Below are positions 36,291 to 48,047 of a stretch of DNA of 64,000 nt, in pieces. The notes below the pieces were generated by a model that was given only the letters and a program-made list of their open reading frames with translations, was not told the origin of the DNA and did no database searches. Numbering within the stretch: the stretch's first letter is position 1; the number at the start of each line of letters is the position of its first letter. Location of the stretch: contig CBDBMG010000002.1 in the NCBI GenBank assembly GCA_965207375.1, forward strand, positions 224,001 to 288,000. The letters run 5' to 3'. The DNA is from Nitrosopumilaceae archaeon (lineage in GTDB: Archaea > Thermoproteota > Nitrososphaeria > Nitrososphaerales > Nitrosopumilaceae). The translations under genes were made by a program, and so were the position numbers.

Positions 36291-37049
36291 ATATATGCTA
36301 AGCATGTGTGCAGCATGTACATGCCCATCTCCCACACTAGTACCAATGCTTTTACTCGCAATTTAAACAGTAAATAGTATTTACACACTTGTACTTAATC
36401 AGCAGCTTTACTCAACAGTCATGCAGTTAAAGTTTTACCCTCAGTCTATATTTAATTTTCTCCTGAACTTATTTTCTAGAAAAATCCCTGTGTCACATAT
36501 ACGTAAGTATTTTGCTAAACCTAAACTGCACATGTTAAATTGGGCTTATACAACTTTCTTAAAGGTAAACAAACAACAATTCAAGAGTGTGTAGCAGAGA
36601 TATGTCGCATATGTGGTGAAGAGAATAGTGATAACACATTAATGGTATTGAGGTAAGCACATGAACAATAATTATAACTGGTAACCATTATAGGACAAAA
36701 AGTATAAATTTAAAATGGGTCTTATGGCCGGCAAGCTGGCAGGCAGTCAGGCTAAATAAGGGAAGAGGTGAAAAATTTTAAAATCCTCTACTGATCGCAT
36801 TGTTGGGAATTTCAAGGTGTTTTACGAATGTATAGTGTTATTGTAGCTATCATTGCATTTTAGTAGTTTTTTTCAGGAAAAGTATATTGTGAGGCATATT
36901 GTGGAGGCACGAAAAAGTGGGACGCCATGTTTTTTCATGTCGATCCCTACTATTAAGCACTACCGTGCTTAATGATACACAAAATTGAGATTACAAATAG
37001 CAATATAAAACACATGAACATACCATATACAACACATATAAATACTATA

Positions 37050-37452
37050 AGAACAATAAAAAATTAAATGGTGAGTAGGGATCGAAGGGATCCACTAGTA
37101 CAGTGCTACAAAAAGTAAGGAAACAAGGAATAAGATTCTGGCATGAGTGAACACTGAAAATTCTGGCAACAATGAGTGAACACTGAAGATTCTGGCAACA
37201 ATGAGTGAACACTGAAGATTCTGGCAAGAGATAATTTATAAAAGTTTAATCCCTACTTTTGGCAAATGTACTATAATGACTAATACGAGCCAAAAGTAGG
37301 GATTAAACTTTTATAAATTATCTCTTGCCAGAAATTTCAGTGTTCACTCGTGCCAGAATCTTATTCCTTGTTTCCTTACCTTTTGTAGCACTGTACTAGT
37401 GGATCCCTTCGATCCCTACTCACCATTTAAATTTTAAATTTTTTATTGTTCT
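37050..37452. repeat. Near-perfect foldback (long inverted repeat, ~25-nt loop)
   Basis: Left arm 37050-37263 vs right arm 37289-37452; the left arm has two extra 29-bp tandem copies. Confidence 0.9.
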
Positions 37453-38419
37453 AGTTTGTTAGCTTTTTATAGGGCATTATAAAAATCATTCAGGTGCCTA
37501 TATAGCAGGTATACAGGCGCTTACATAATTATGGCTTCCTTACAGGCACTTGTTAACGACCTGCTTGTGTGGAAAAGCAGTTGTGCAAGCAAATTACGTC
37601 CGCAGCTGGCGCAACTCAGAACATCTGGCGCTCGATACTAAGACTGGTCTGCATTTCAGTTGTATTAGTTAAAGTTATATTTTTTGGAGTCGTATGGAGT
37701 ATAGTTGTTCAAATTATATAGTTGTCAAGTAATGCAGCAGTGGATGTGGTGTAAGTTGATGCTGTGCTTTTTTGTGTAATGGGATGGCAACCACGTGTGT
37801 TTATGCTCATGCGTAATACTTAAGTATTGTAGCCTAGAATGCTGTTAAGTCGTAACACAATATTCCCTCTGACAACATCGAGGACACATGCAACATTCCA
37901 TGCATGAAGCAATTTGTAACTATAAAATGGCAGGCATGCATTATTGTACCTGTTTACACCTTGTATGGAATGTTGTGGTCACGCTGAAATTGTTTACACA
38001 TTCCAATCGATAGAGAAGAAAGTAAAGAAAGGAAGTATAAAAGAAGCACCATGTGCAGTAGATAAATCGTCTTCAGAACAACGGTTTGCGTAAATGCGAC
38101 GGGATAACCTTTGCTGTGCTGAATTTCTGGAGCCGTACACCTAGCGAAACCCGGTCTTATGGCAGGCTGGCTGGCTGGCCGGCAGACGAAATCTAGATGA
38201 TTTTCGAATTTTTTAAAATTCGTTATAGATCGAAATAATGGACATTTCGCTTTGTTAAACAAATGTAGAGCATTATTATAGTTGTGCCAGTGCGTTTAAG
38301 TTGGTTTTTTCGGCTAAAGCATATTGTAAGGTGGGTTTCTAGACGTGCAAAAATTCCGGATTCCATACATTCCTTATCAATCCCTACTATTAAGTACAAC
38401 CATACTTAATGATAACTTG

Positions 38420-39300
38420 CACTTACAAGTAAAATTATAATCACCTACACAAAAGATGTTTATACACTGTTCCAGAAAAAGCATGTGATTTTGCAATGTC
38501 ATCAGAAAGTTTATTCCACCATATAGCAGCTGCATATCGAAAAGAATGCCGTGTCCTTGAAAAGATTGCTGTTTTCTTGACAATCTGCAGCAATAAATAT
38601 TAGCAAATTTTTCCTAAGATCTGGTGGAATAACTGTTGAGTACCAAAAACAATTGGTGGATCAATGGGCATACACTGATGAGAACTGTACTGTAGGGTAT
38701 GAACAAATATGACTTTTTAGCATTCGAACATTCTTTAATTTTCAATTTCGAATGTTCGAATGTTTAACACCCACACAGTAATTGGTTATATTGTACTATT
38801 TACTATTATATGGTAACAGTTTTATAGTTAAACACCAGATAAATGACAATAATGTAGTTCCAACCAACGTGTAATGATAACTTTTTCAATCATTTGTGGG
38901 ATTAATGGCAAATTTTACATCATAATTTATGCATAATTAAGATTAATGAATGTTTAGTAGCAAAAATTCTACTGACGAATATTACTAAAATAAATGAACA
39001 TTCAAATGTTACACAACATTATTTTGTTCATGCCCTACTGTACTGTCTGTATCGCACATAGGGAACAATACTCAATTTGATGCTCAATTTGAGACTCAAC
39101 TGGCAACCATCGAAGTCTTGCTCTATGTGAAGAGATATGATTGTATTTACTCAAACCAGCAGTAATACGGACATGCCAATTTAAAAGTCGTAACCGCTAA
39201 AAGGAGCTTTTTGCTAGCACTGGACCCCAAGCTAGTAGAGGATAATTAATATGGGATAAAACTAAAGAGTCAATCAACATCTTAATAACTGATGATGATA
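38420..39300 (-). mobile_element. Decayed CR1/L2-like LINE 3' fragment interrupted by a hAT MITE
   Basis: IKMLIDSLVLSHINYPLLAWGP..LRWLPVESQI..IWWNKL-type RT C-terminal motifs. Confidence 0.55.
38693..39037. mobile_element. hAT-type MITE
   Basis: TAGGGTATGAACAAA...TTTGTTCATGCCCTA with perfect 8-bp TSD CTGTACTG. Confidence 0.85.
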
Positions 39301-39657
39301 TACAAAAGGTATGGATGTATACTATATATGTAGTCCTTGTTATAATACACACTTTTACATAAATACTTGTGTGCATACATACGTATGTAGATACATAAAT
39401 ATTGACACACATGCATGTGAATATATGTGCATACTGTATATACATACATATGAATGTATGTATATACATAGATACATATATGTATACATTTGTATGTACT
39501 TGCATGCATAACATGCATACATATATACATAGATATACCATATGTAAGTACATACGTACTTATAAACATCATTTCAGTGTATGCGTACGTACATGCATAC
39601 ATACATGCTTACACAAATTTGTAAGTATATACACACTTACATGCACAGTGCATATAT

Positions 39658-39704
<47 letters not shown>

Positions 39705-40229
39705 GAATACTATGGAGTCATACTACTATACGTATGTTGGTTGTTGTTTTCAATGTGACATCAATGATTGGTAAGATGTGGTGTGGTGAAGTACATTCCA
39801 CAGGTCGAGTTGTATTTTTATGCTACCTTTTGTTGCATTTGATGTTATTCAATGATTCAGCTGTTACTGAGGTTTAGTCTTGGAATACAATTGTATAAAA
39901 TATTTTACGTTATGCGCATGTGATGATAATGTACTTAAAAAGTACTGAATTAAGGTAAGAATAATTATTTTTACTAGTTTATAAGATCAAATATTGTATT
40001 GTTTGTATTTTTATACTGTGTCTATGTACCTCATTGTGTATCATTGAGTATGGTAGTGCTTAATAGTAGGGATTGCTCTGAAAATATGTGGCTTCCAAAA
40101 GTGTACTCTGAAAACAACCTTTTTTAAAATCAAAATGCGAAAGGTGACTGCAGCTGTATTGGTACAACATAACAATGCTACAACTTCACTCAAATTTGCT
40201 AAATACAGCCCATATGAAAATTTAAGCCT

Positions 40230-41620
40230 GTAGCTAACCTGTGGCTGAAGAAAGCACCACAACCCTAAGTGCCTGAAGTGTCGGTCTGTGACTGACTGAA
40301 GTATGACTGAGTATGGGCACCATAATATGCTTAATCCATTTCATGCCTGAGCAAAAAGTGTGCCACTGAGCAAAATTCCCTGTTCAGCCTTGTAAAAGTG
40401 TAGTTGGTTTTTAATTTAATTAACCTGCGTTACGTGCTGGAATAAGCCAACTAAGGAAAGTATATCGGCTTTCTTCTTTCCCAGCCAGGTGGGTAAGATG
40501 TCTTTGATTCACACCAGCTGACCTGCGGGGAGTCTGATCTCCTTGCTTGTAGTATCCAAAAGTATTCCAGGAAGGAAATTGTGGTGGATGGCCCTTCCAC
40601 TTTTCCCAACCTAGGTCATTACACAAGTGTGTTAGAATGTCCAGGTTCTGTTGACATGTTGGCATGCGTCGGAGCTTGGTGGGTCCACCGTGAGAAATTG
40701 TTAGGGTAGTGAGTCGCAAATGAGATTCCAATTTGTTGTACTACCATGTCAGTAGGTTTGCCCGGATGTTAAACAATCATGGTGCTGAGCGGAGGTCAAA
40801 GGCAGGCAGGCAGGTGTCAATGTATACCATATTCCTCCATTTTTTGGGTGAAGTCCTCACATACCGTTTGTAGGCTTCGCTTCTCCACCTGCCAAGCATC
40901 TGAATATGGACATCAGGGATGTTTGCTTGTATGGCAGATGTAGCAGCCCTAATGCGGAAGCTATGTTTGTTGTATAGTCTTTTATCTATGTGTAGTTCAG
41001 TAAGTAGTTTGTCAACTGCGGTACCTACTAAAGATATGTCTAGTGGGCATTCTGCCATCTTGAACTAGAAACAGGGGACCTGGACGGCTGTTGCATTGTG
41101 CTAAGTATGGCAGAATTCCTCTCACCGGGCAGATTTCTTCACCTGTTCTGCCCAGGTAGATACCCACCCCTTGGCGGAAAGGGTCAGCCTTGGACTGTTC
41201 GATCCAGATTCATAGTAGTTGAGAGGAATCTTTGTTGTCAATACTCATGTCTGAGATTGATGGATGAGTAGTGTGGTCATACTGGTTTTGGGCTGGCATG
41301 GTGAACTCGCTGACCCGAGCAACAGGCAGCCCAAATTAAGATATTATCGTATGATGGTGGCTCCTGCAGTAGTAGACGCTTCATATTCTCCATTATGGAA
41401 GGAGTTATAGGTAGTGCTCAGCGGTATTGATATAAGTTATAGGCTGTTCAGCCTTGTAAAAGTGTAGTTGGTTTTTAATTTAATTAACCTGCGTTACGTG
41501 CTGGAGTAAGCTTAGGAGTTATAGGTCTGCTGTTGTATACACAATTCAGGGCTGCTGTAGAGTGAATTATTAGCCTGTTAGGCAGGATGCCCCAGGCTTG
41601 CAGTTACACTGAACCAGATG
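40230..41620 (-). mobile_element. Decayed DIRS/Ngaro-type tyrosine-recombinase retrotransposon relic, domain order permuted
   Basis: YR: LPITP..IWAAC..RVSEFT..SKADPFRQG..CPV..HSFRIRAAT..LGRWRSEAYKRYVR. Then RT: YIDTCLP.FDLRSAP..CQQNL. Then RNase H: TDTSGT*GCGAFF. Confidence 0.8.
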
Positions 41621-41667
41621 TGTGTTTTGAACTTACAAGCCTGCTACAGTAAAGTCGTAAACTGTCA

Positions 41668-42048
41668 TATGCCTGTTTATATCCTTGCATGCCTGTTTAT
41701 ATCCTGCTGTACTGTTGCATATCTGTTTATATCCTGCTGTACTGTTGCATGTCTGTTTATATCCTGCTGTACTGTTACATGCCTGTTTATATCCTGCTGT
41801 ACTGTTACATGCTTGTTTATATCCTGTTGTACTGTTACATGCTTGTTTATATTCTGCTGTACTGTTGCATGCCTGTTTATATCCTGCTGTACTGTTACAT
41901 GCTTGTTTATATCCTGCTGTACTGTTACATGCCTGTTTATATCCTGCTGTACTGTTACATGCTTGTTTATATCCTGCTGTACTGTTACATGCTTGTTTAT
42001 ATTCTGCTGTACTGTTGCATGCCTGTTTATATCCTGCTGTACTGTTAT
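41668..42048. repeat. 30-bp minisatellite (~13 copies)
   Basis: Unit atgcc/ttgtttatatcctgctgtactgttg/ac; the overlapping ORFs are artefacts. Confidence 0.92.
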
Positions 42049-42051
42049 GTA

Positions 42052-42164
42052 TTAGTTATATCCCAGTACGAGTGAGTAATCTTAGTTATTACCCGAGTCA
42101 GAGGCGAAGCCGAGGACGAGGGTAATGACTAAGATAACTCACGAGTGTACTGGGATATAACTAA
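42052..42164. repeat. Palindromic element with central GGCGAAGCC hairpin (non-autonomous TE end; family uncertain)
   Basis: ttagttatatcccagtac..gtactgggatataactaa arms; architecture similar to 58351-58470. Confidence 0.7.
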
Positions 42165-43129
42165 CTTGTATCCTGGTGAATGCATCGATCTTTTAGTAGT
42201 TTTCATTGGCAATTCTTATACGTACATTCGTTTGGAAACAACAACTGTAAAAGTAGCCTACAACATCGCTACAACTATCCGGGATACAAATGCCTGTTTA
42301 TATCCTGCTGTATTGTCACATGGCTGTCATTTTCTTCTTCTGTATTGGCACAAGTCGAAGTTCTCATTATCTCATCAATTTTCAGTTGAATATCCTACGT
42401 ATACATAAATGCATGCATCTTAATTATCCTGTGTCATGCTTGTGACAGGATTACTAAATACATATAAATATGTATATATGCATCCATGCATCCATGTATA
42501 CCAGATGCCAGCTATAAGAGTCATGTAGTATGTGTGATACATATATATTATAGTGATACAGTAACTTTTTTCAGCTGGTCTGTGCTGGTAGCATTTATTA
42601 TTGGCTTGTCTAACCGGGCTTTTTTCTGTCACCATCAGATTCCATTCCTCTGCTTTGGCTTGAGTGAGTATACGGGTTTGTTTTATAACAACTAACATAG
42701 TATGGCAGTCACAGTGTGTTCTAATGATGGATACAAAGATTTCTTTCCTCTAACTGAACTTCGGCACAGTTCATCTTCTGTGCATAGCTTATACATCAAA
42801 TACCGCATAAGTTAAGTTGGCTGACGTTTTTACCTGGTCAGAGCTGCTGCCAATGATGTACCTTTTACCATAATCCCTATCCCTTTTACAAGTTCAACTT
42901 TTGGTATTATTTTCACCTTCCTACTGCATTGATTGATCTTCTACAAAGGCTATTGAGATTTCAAGAAGGTGTCAACATTCCATGCAAGGTCGCAACATTG
43001 TTTATAGTGAAATATTTAATTTTACTATAATATTTATCTGGTGCTTTGTGATGCTGTATGGTATTGAGGGAACTGTGGGACTTCAATGTATTGTGTCTTG
43101 ATGTATGTATATTATAGACAGTTAGTATA

Positions 43130-44077
43130 CTAGACAGATGCTAACAGCATCGTGGGGCGAGCCTGAACACAATTTGCAGACATTTCCGAGAAATTAATCA
43201 CATGCCCAGAGTATCCAATTAGAATAAGGTTGTTGTACTTACACAAAGTTCAGGTGGCAGTGGACCAGGATCCATATTATTTGCTGCAGTATCAGCACCA
43301 CAGCGACTACATACTCCAGCCTCATTGATTTTTATCGTAGGAAAACGTTCCAGGCAAACTACACACAATGCTGCTTCTAATTTAAAAAGCTTTCATGATG
43401 AAATTGTTTCAGTTTTTGTGTGATATGAGGAGAATCAACTGAACTATTTCTTAAGTGAACGACATTGTTGTCACAACTTTGCAAAGGTATCACTTCTGTA
43501 GAATCACCATGATTTTGTGACCACCTCTGTCTTCGCTGTTGGAGTACAGCATCTCGTTGTTGGCTTGTCATTGCGGAACACCTGGTTCTTTCATATATTC
43601 TCTTCGTCTAGCCAACCTGACCTCTCTTTCTTCAGCTGTTTCTCTTAACCTTCTTGCTCTATCTCTTTCTCGTCGCCTCCTTAATCTTTCTTCTCTGTCC
43701 ATCTAGTCCTTTATGGCCTCGTAAACTATCTTATTATGAAGCGTCAGTAAACTACTTTGGTAATTCTTCGTGTGATGAACGCACGTACCAGCCTTATATG
43801 GAGCGTCAGTAAACTACTTTGGTAATTTTTCGTGTGGTGAATGCTCGTACCAGCCTTATATGGAGCATCAGTAAACTACTCTGGTAATTGTTCGCGTGAT
43901 GAACACATATCCGGAAGCATTTGTAAGTTATCTAGTTTTTAAGCCAATTTCTTAACGTAAACTTTTGTGAACGCAAGACGCTCGTACCAAGCATCCGTAG
44001 TTTCACGTAGATTTTAGTGAACGTGATGCTCGTACCATTCTTCTCGCTAGTGTGGGGCTCGCTCAGACTCGCCCCAA
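43130..44077 (-). mobile_element. Compact Helitron2/Helentron-like deletion derivative with Rep N-terminal fragment
   Basis: 5' TTGGGGCGAGTCTGAGCGAGCCCCA hairpin; 3' TCAGGCTCGCCCCA sub-TIR + GATGCtgttaGCATC hairpin + CTAG. Coding remnant 43702-43243 (MDREERLRRRRERDR..CVVCLERFP..CSRC..NNMDPGPLPPEL), with frameshifts. Three ~63-bp tandem repeats at ~43730-43910. Confidence 0.8.
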
Positions 44078-45684
44078 TAATGAGTGTAGCATGATTTGAT
44101 AGGTCTTTCGTGACAATTTTAATTTTGTAAACCAGTCATGATTTTTCCTGGATTGGTTTGGACAGCAAATTCAAAATACTACAATGCCCTTCGTTTATTA
44201 TTTTTATCATGTATTATAATTTGTGACCAACCTGTGGCAGCTACACCAATGTTATTTTTTACTAATAGTGTTGAGACTACAGCCAAGTTGAATACTGGCT
44301 ATTAACAGAGATCTATGAGAGTTCCTATTCGGAATCTGTAACCTGTAGTAGTTCCCGTTCCAATGTTAGTTTGTGTTTAGACATAGGATAAGAGAGTTAT
44401 AAAGATACCTTGTTTTGCTTTGAAAACATTTGGTGTATAACTTTTATTTACTTACGAACTGTTGCAAAAGTTATGTTTTCAAGATATCGACAAGTAGTTT
44501 TACATCATGTCCCTCCAGCTACACCCTTGTACTGTGGTGAATACTTAAAATTTAAATATAATAAAACATTGAACCCTCAGGCTCTAAAAATGTACAAACG
44601 TATAGCATGCAAACAATTGTACAACCTTCCCTAGTATACAATTACCTACGTAATTTCTTTGCCTCTTATCATTTTTCTTTTAACATCGCATGAAGGGGCA
44701 CTTCCATTCACTAACATGTGGCTTGTAGCTCCGAACTGTAAAAGTTTCGTACTTAAAATACCGTAATTACGATAACTTCCTTAATACACATACTAACTTC
44801 CTTAATACGCATGTGTATTATTTCGTAAAATGTGTGTAGTTTTGTGGTCATTTCATTTGTAACTATGCAGCTTCTACGCTTTGTATTAACACTTCTTTGT
44901 ACTGTCAAATGATAGTGGCTCCACTGTGACTATGATTACAAAATAGTGACTTTTAATTGCAGTCTACCATATGTGTTAATGTAATTTGCATTACGTCTAT
45001 ACAGTACACTGATAAGTTTGAAAAAGGACATGGAATGAGTAATTGAATTGTCTAAATGGTGGTCATCTTCTGAGAGGGGCGGAGGTGAGGATTGTATGTT
45101 CAGTGTTGAATATAAATAATAAAAAATAATAAAAAATTAGGATATGTGGAAGAAAGTCTTTGCATAATGAGATTGGTAAAAAATATAAACCATCATATAA
45201 AAACTAAAAAATGGCAAATACAACTAGTTGAGTCAGAGGTTAGCAGGAGTGCAGTGGCTCTTGCCAACTGTGAAGTAAAAGGGTCGCTACAGTGATGAAT
45301 ATGAGGTCAAATTGAGATGGTATACTTGATAAGTTGTATATATAGTATATTCTTCATTAGGCGCTTGTTTGTCTATAGCTACACGGTATCAGTATCTTCG
45401 AGTTGCTTCTTATGCTGAGATTGTGTGCTACTGTTTACAGTATCTGGAGTCTCCACTGGCAACTCTTCCCATTCCCGCTCGGCATAAACTGCACTACAAT
45501 TTACTGTTAAATTCAGTTACAGTTTTATTGCTAGGCCTTTCTGGCCTGGTAATACTTTGTGGGTTTACTTCTTCAGATTCTCCACTGCTAGCTCCTCTCA
45601 GTCCATCTACACTATCATATTTTGGCTCGTATTCTGGCTAACTTTTTGATGATGAATATTCCTGTAGATGTTTAAACTTTTCAC

Positions 45685-48047
45685 TAGAGATGTACCGATC
45701 TAACACTTATGAGCCGATTCGATACCAATACGATTTAAGTAGCTAGTATTGCTATACCGATATTGCACCGATCCGATACCGATTCTGAATTTCTGATTTG
45801 AATACATGTCAATACAAAGAATTTATATTCAAATTACACATTCCACTGTACCTACTGTAATTATCTTTGCCACCCAGTTCGGTTGCTTCTGAATCTTTAT
45901 TCAGTGAAACAGGAGTGATTGACAGCAACCGCAGAAGGCGATTACTTGCTGACAAGATTGAGATGTTAACTTTCATCAAACGTAATGTGCTTTCTGTGAC
46001 GAGTGATAATTCCAAATGAACTTCCTGTAAGAGACCACAAACATACCTCCTGGCCACAGTTGCTAAAGCAGAATACTGTTGTTTGTGATTTTTCCAATAT
46101 TCTAAGGGTTCTATAAATTTATCATGTTTAGGGCCCTCCATTAGGGGTTCATCAAGATAATCAGAAATCATTTTAGAAATCTTTTCCACAGAAGTGTGAG
46201 GTATTACCGTAGGGGTTTTTCCTAGTTTCTTCATAGCATTTTTGCAGCTATCCCAAACACTAAAGCCCTTCTTTTTATTGCTACTAATACTGTTTTGATG
46301 TTCTGTGCTGCTATGTTGAGTGCTATCATCAATATCCATATGTTGAAACTCTGGTTGCTGCTCATTGTGTTCATCACTGGATTGTGTCACAATTTGAGTG
46401 GATTCTTGTGATCCTTGGTGAATAGCAGACTCACAAATAGTTAAGAGTGTCTGTGTAGCTGACTCAGTTATTGCTTTCTCAAAGAATGTAGCCTTAAATC
46501 GTGGATCAAGGAGGGTGGCTATTACAAAATAATCATCGTTGTAAACATATTCGAATCGTGACTTCAATGATTCAAGCATCTCTTCCTTGGTTGTTTTAAT
46601 CCCTGAATCACTCTCTTTTGGTGTGCTTAGTTCTATTTTCAAAGTTTCTAAAAAAGGTATTACTTGTGATATGCTGGCCTCCTTAGCACTTAATTCTTTA
46701 GTGACACGCTGAATAGGCTCTAATAGTTTCACAATTTTTTCTGCTTGCTGCCAGTCATTGGCACTTAGTCGTTCAGGCAGACCATAATCAGCATCATAAA
46801 GGCTTATCGCACGACGTTGCTCTACCAGACGTTCGAGCATATAGTAAGTTGAATCCCAACGAGTGGGCTCATCTTGCATAAGCTTGTGTTCAGCCAAACT
46901 CAATTGATGCTGAATGGAATGCAGGTGGCCTATTGCAAGACTTGAGTGTTTAAAATGACCCACTATCTTTCTGCACCGTGCCAGCATGTCTATAATACTC
47001 CTTTGTACCAAAATAGAATCTTTCACCACCAACTGCAGTGTGTGTATTGTACAGCCAACAGCTGCCAATCCACATTTCCTAATGCCTGCTACCATGTTTG
47101 CTGCATTATCACGAACTATAGTGTGTACTCTTGACTTGTCAATACTCCATCCATCTAGCAGCTTTGAAATCATTTCTGATATGGCATCTGCAGTATGGGA
47201 CCCTGGAAAATGACAAACCTGGAGCACCCGTTCTTCTCTGCAAAACTCTGAATTGATGTAATGTGCAGTCCAACTGATGAATGACTCACCACCATCACGG
47301 GACCAAATGTCAGTTGTGAAGCTAATAGAGAAGTTATCTTCAGAATGGAGATCTTCAAATAGCCTTTGCCTCAACTTGGTATACATATCAGGTATAATTC
47401 TTTCTGAGAAATACTTCCTTGATGGTACAACATATCGTGGACATACATGCGCCAATAGTCGAATGAACCCTGTGTCTACCACAATTGAAAACGGCTGTGA
47501 ATCAAGAGCAATCATCTCGGCGATTCGCTTAGTAACTTTAATATGCTCAGGATGATCGTAATTCCATGGTTCCTTTTGTTCTTTGAGCTCAACGAGTGTC
47601 AATTGGCGTGATTCACTTAGCCTTCTTCGTTTTATCACTTTGCCCTCTTCTGCCTTCTTTTCTGCTTCTTCGCGCTCTTTAACAAGAAGCTCATCAAACA
47701 ATTCATGGTGAAAGCGACGTAAATGATTTCTCAAATTAGTCGTGTTAAAATTTTTAACACTCAAACCTCCCCGACTAACACGTTCTTTACAATCATTGCA
47801 TATCGCAGTCTTCTCGTCTTCTTGATCAACAATAAAATAGTTCCATATCAGGCTTCTTTTCTTCAACGCAGCCATAGCACGGCTAATTTGTTGATGGTAA
47901 TTAGTTTTAAAATTTTTATCGACTATCGGTTTAATTAAAAATAGTTATCGGATCGGTGTGAGTGTCGTATCGGTAACTCCGATACAACTTGAAATACCTG
48001 AATCGGCTACCGATTCCGATTCGAATCGGTAAATTGTTACATCTCTA
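45685..48047 (-). mobile_element. Full-length hAT DNA transposon
   Basis: TIRs TAGAGATGTA../..TACATCTCTA; perfect 8-bp TSD CTTTTCAC; ccgat-rich subterminal repeats. Confidence 0.95.
45809..47875 (-). CDS. BED-finger hAT transposase (ZBED1/4-like) with a non-native C-terminus
   Basis: 688-aa ORF: IWNYF..CNDC..NLRNHLRRFH (BED), TTDIWS, DNAANM, CTIHTLQL, TRWDSTYYMLERL, LLDPRFK, PLEYWK. The native SVASE.LFS segment lies on the opposite strand (45861-46019). Confidence 0.9.
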   Translation of the reverse strand: MAALKKRSLIWNYFIVDQEDEKTAICNDCKERVSRGGLSVKNFNTTNLRNHLRRFHHELFDELLVKEREEAEKKAEEGKVIKRRRLSESRQLTLVELKEQKEPWNYDHPEHIKVTKRIAEMIALDSQPFSIVVDTGFIRLLAHVCPRYVVPSRKYFSERIIPDMYTKLRQRLFEDLHSEDNFSISFTTDIWSRDGGESFISWTAHYINSEFCREERVLQVCHFPGSHTADAISEMISKLLDGWSIDKSRVHTIVRDNAANMVAGIRKCGLAAVGCTIHTLQLVVKDSILVQRSIIDMLARCRKIVGHFKHSSLAIGHLHSIQHQLSLAEHKLMQDEPTRWDSTYYMLERLVEQRRAISLYDADYGLPERLSANDWQQAEKIVKLLEPIQRVTKELSAKEASISQVIPFLETLKIELSTPKESDSGIKTTKEEMLESLKSRFEYVYNDDYFVIATLLDPRFKATFFEKAITESATQTLLTICESAIHQGSQESTQIVTQSSDEHNEQQPEFQHMDIDDSTQHSSTEHQNSISSNKKKGFSVWDSCKNAMKKLGKTPTVIPHTSVEKISKMISDYLDEPLMEGPKHDKFIEPLEYWKNHKQQYSALATVARRYVCGLLQEVHLELSLVTESTLRLMKVNISILSASNRLLRLLSITPVSLNKDSEATELGGKDNYSRYSGMCNLNINSLY

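Noticed and set aside
41618-42125. Cys-rich ORFs; 30-bp periodicity superficially like a CRISPR array
   Set aside because: Head-to-tail minisatellite with no unique spacers, in a eukaryotic context.
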